Positions 61,189-64,000 of a stretch of 64,000 bases of DNA are shown here, piece by piece; positions within the stretch are counted from its first letter, which is position 1; each line of letters begins with the position of its first letter. A program made the position numbers and the translations under genes. The stretch comes from Patescibacteria group bacterium (GTDB taxonomy: Bacteria; Patescibacteriota; Patescibacteriia; UBA9570; JAHJKD01), in the NCBI GenBank assembly GCA_043798935.1, contig JAZDOC010000017.1, forward strand, positions 381 to 64,380, given 5' to 3'. The notes beneath the pieces were generated by a model. The model was not told the DNA's origin. It saw only the letters and a list, made by a program, of their open reading frames with translations, and did not search any database.

Positions 61189-64000
61189 ATGGTCGAGCCA
61201 AAAGATCTTAAAAGAAGAGAACAGCGCCTGTTTACAGAAAAGGAAAAAATCCAGATGCGTGCGGATGTGGAAGCTCTTGATATTGATAAATTAAGAGCGG
61301 TCGAAGGTGTTCCGCCACATATTTTAGATTTTATTGAAGCTTATAAAAGAGGCGAACCTCAAGACACGACTGTCTCGGCTTGGAAAAATGCTGATCATAT
61401 TCCGGAAGCTGTAAAAAGAGATTTGGATGTTAAGGATTTAATTATTCAGCTTAATCGTATTTTAATAGAAGATAGCGTGGCTGAAGATAGAAATCTTTCA
61501 GCTCAATATATGTATGTTCATTATTTAGATTATCTTGATCGCGGTTTTTATTATGCTTCGGAAGACGAGCATGGCTCACTAAAGTTTGATTATGCAGCCA
61601 ATGCCAGTGTCATTAATTTAATAGATGAATATTGCCCCTCAGATTTTTTAGAAGTAGTTTTAAAAAAATTACGCCAACAAGTAGAAGATGATATTGTTGA
61701 ATATTTGGTTCAACAATATGGCAACCGAGGAATGCATAATAGATTTTATCGTGATGATGAATCAGGAGAATCTGCTCTCGCTGGCCAAGTGGCCCCAGAA
61801 CCACCAGACGACCCACAGTCTGCTTCAGAATTAGCCGCCACGCTAGTTCCAGAGCCACCAGCGCCGCGAGAAAGAGAGCCACAAGCTATTAAAGCCACAC
61901 TTCATGGCTATTCCGACACAGGGTCTATGCGTCATTGCAAAGTAGCTATTAATGGTGAAAAAATTTCGTACATGGTTGGTCGTTTATATTTACCAGATGC
62001 GTATGATAAACCTTTAGATTTAAGCGCGCTTAATGAAAAAAAACCATTAATGATTAAATATAATGGTCTTAAAGATGCACGAGGAGTAGTGTTGCCAAGT
62101 AAAAAAGTAGAGGTTAAACGAGACGGTACAAAAAATTGGTTAAGTCATGAATATTATATTGAATTAAATGGTTTGGAAGTAGCTGATGGCTTAGTATTTC
62201 CAGAAGGAGTAATGGATGTTCAATTAAGAGGTCTAAAAACATTACGAGGATTAGATATTCCTTCAGATAGAGAATTTCTCGATATTCATATAGGGAAAAT
62301 ACCCAAGGAAGAGATAAGAGCTTTGAATGCAACATTTAAAGGCACTTGGTTGAAAGTTTATTATTTATCAGAAGACGGCAAGGAAGCACATATTGAATTA
62401 GGAGGTGTGTCTTCAGGCGAACAAATAACTGCATATAACCCGCCACCTGCCGGGGTACCAGCTGAACCACAGCCCACCCCCAAGCCAGCTGCACCGACTG
62501 CCGTCAGAGTAGAAGCGCCATCTCCAGATCAAATCAATCGAGCTAGAGTTGATGTAGAAAAATATTATAGAGAGATATCCGCTGGTAATGGTAAAAATAT
62601 TGTGGAGGAAGATAAGCATCAACGGTTAAGTAATTTAATTCGTTTTTTCAATCAATATACAGAAGATAATTTTTTATTATTAAATGCTCTAGATGGATTA
62701 ATCAGAGCAAGATTTGGTTATTGGAATCAATATGCTCCGGCCGCAACCGCAGCTCAGGTTTTGGAAACAATTAAAATTAAAGCTGAAGCCATTTTACGCC
62801 GAAAAGGAGGATCACGATTTAAATTCACTGAGCAGGATTTAGATCAAGCTTTTGATTGTGATGTTGAAGAGGAAATGAAAAGAATTATTAATGTCGAAGC
62901 TTCTGCAGCCCAAGCTAATGCCGACCAGCATTATCGCCGAGCTGTTCAAGTTTTTGAAGCAGCTGGGCTATCTATTCCAACCAGAGAAGAAATATTACAA
63001 CCCAAAGCTCAGCCAACCTCAGAAATCGCTACGGCACAGGCGGTAGAAGCTACTCCTAAAGTAGTTGGCGGTTCAAGAGAAGAATTAGATGGAGCGGAGA
63101 TTGAAAAAAGACGCGAAGCTGTACAATCAATTGAAAGAGTACTTCAAGATAAAGATACTATTTTACGGCATAAGAATATTTCTGATATTATTGAAAAGTT
63201 AGATAATATAAAAAATCTTTTTACTGATAACGTCAGTTCTCAAGATCCAAAAAAAGCTTGGTTGCATTATCATTATTATCTTTTTCTTTATTGTAAGGCT
63301 GCTTTAATTGTGGCCCCGAACGCACAAACATTAGATAGACAATATTATGCTCAGGCTTTAAAAAATAATTACGATGCAAATCATGATAATTACAGAGGTC
63401 GGATTCCTGATGCAACAGTGAATGCGGAAGCTATTGCACTAATTGCCTTATCGGAATTAGGAATAGATGCGGCCATAGAATCATTTTTCAAATATGCGGC
63501 CTTCATACAATCTACTGATGATCAAAAAGCCGTTGTCAGAAGCCTGAATGCTAAAGTTAAAGAGTGCGTACGGAAAGTTCATCCCGAATGGAAAGGTGTA
63601 GAGGTTGATGACGAGGCTTTTGATATTAAAGACCCTTCGGCTTTACGTAGTTATTTGCAACAGGCAAAAAGACAATTAGAAGCTCCACCAGTAAAAAGAC
63701 AAGAAGCTTTAGCTGCCTCATTATTAGAAAACGGTCAAAAGGTGAAAATTGGTAACAGGGTTTATGAAATTAAAGATGGTAAATTAAATTTGGATGATAT
63801 AGATACACCAGTAGATTTATCATGTATAGAAAATGCAGATAGTTCAGTGACAGATATTTCATTAAGAAGCTTAAGAACGGCTAGGGGACTTAAAGTGCCG
63901 AATAATTGTCTTTTTGTATCTTTAGATGGTTTAACTACCGCCGCCGATCTAGATGTTAATAATGCTCGTTTAGTTTCTTTAACCGGTTTAACAACTGAAA
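61189..64000 (+). CDS. Large hypothetical protein (>937 aa, runs off the window) with Pro-rich linkers and LRR-like repeats
   Basis: Manual translation from ATG 61189 finds no stop to base 64000. Repeats LNGLEVADGLVFP, LRGLKTLRGLDIP, LRSLRTARGLKVP, LDGLTTAADL. Confidence 0.85.
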   Translation, partial: MVEPKDLKRREQRLFTEKEKIQMRADVEALDIDKLRAVEGVPPHILDFIEAYKRGEPQDTTVSAWKNADHIPEAVKRDLDVKDLIIQLNRILIEDSVAEDRNLSAQYMYVHYLDYLDRGFYYASEDEHGSLKFDYAANASVINLIDEYCPSDFLEVVLKKLRQQVEDDIVEYLVQQYGNRGMHNRFYRDDESGESALAGQVAPEPPDDPQSASELAATLVPEPPAPREREPQAIKATLHGYSDTGSMRHCKVAINGEKISYMVGRLYLPDAYDKPLDLSALNEKKPLMIKYNGLKDARGVVLPSKKVEVKRDGTKNWLSHEYYIELNGLEVADGLVFPEGVMDVQLRGLKTLRGLDIPSDREFLDIHIGKIPKEEIRALNATFKGTWLKVYYLSEDGKEAHIELGGVSSGEQITAYNPPPAGVPAEPQPTPKPAAPTAVRVEAPSPDQINRARVDVEKYYREISAGNGKNIVEEDKHQRLSNLIRFFNQYTEDNFLLLNALDGLIRARFGYWNQYAPAATAAQVLETIKIKAEAILRRKGGSRFKFTEQDLDQAFDCDVEEEMKRIINVEASAAQANADQHYRRAVQVFEAAGLSIPTREEILQPKAQPTSEIATAQAVEATPKVVGGSREELDGAEIEKRREAVQSIERVLQDKDTILRHKNISDIIEKLDNIKNLFTDNVSSQDPKKAWLHYHYYLFLYCKAALIVAPNAQTLDRQYYAQALKNNYDANHDNYRGRIPDATVNAEAIALIALSELGIDAAIESFFKYAAFIQSTDDQKAVVRSLNAKVKECVRKVHPEWKGVEVDDEAFDIKDPSALRSYLQQAKRQLEAPPVKRQEALAASLLENGQKVKIGNRVYEIKDGKLNLDDIDTPVDLSCIENADSSVTDISLRSLRTARGLKVPNNCLFVSLDGLTTAADLDVNNARLVSLTGLTTE

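Overview
AT-rich bacterial chromosomal window, standard code 11, almost no Shine-Dalgarno motifs. Short RpoB, MurE with a DDPY motif, ftsK-rodZ-like-recA, secG-oppA-rnj and many orphan ORFs point to Patescibacteria/CPR (inference, not a database result). Housekeeping genes: S8 protease, mgtC, murE, rpoBC, ftsK, recA, groESL with a CIRCE operator, tRNA-fMet, uvrA, pcrA, secG, oppA-like, rnj. Two biosynthetic clusters are unexpected for such a lineage: a ~21 kb purine cluster (guaB, folD, purA, purC, class II purE, purB, purF, purD, purN, purH, guaA; no purK/L/M/Q/S) with an embedded two-subunit fumarase plus malic enzyme, and a 7-gene folate/pABA operon in which a CExxHGH PTPS replaces folB. 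Main leads: (1) a possible fumarate-to-CO2 recycling loop serving class II PurE; (2) a NUDIX + RelA/SpoT-like fusion divergent from guaB; (3) a covarying TTTAT-loop, bulged-T hairpin family and GTAG REP-like palindromes, one apparently embedded in purH; (4) a frameshifted PP2C gene sharing an unnamed WExxYxDP coiled-coil module with its neighbour; (5) an unannotated 30-aa membrane sORF and a >937-aa ORF running off the window end. No CRISPR, rRNA, transposase or integrase was seen.
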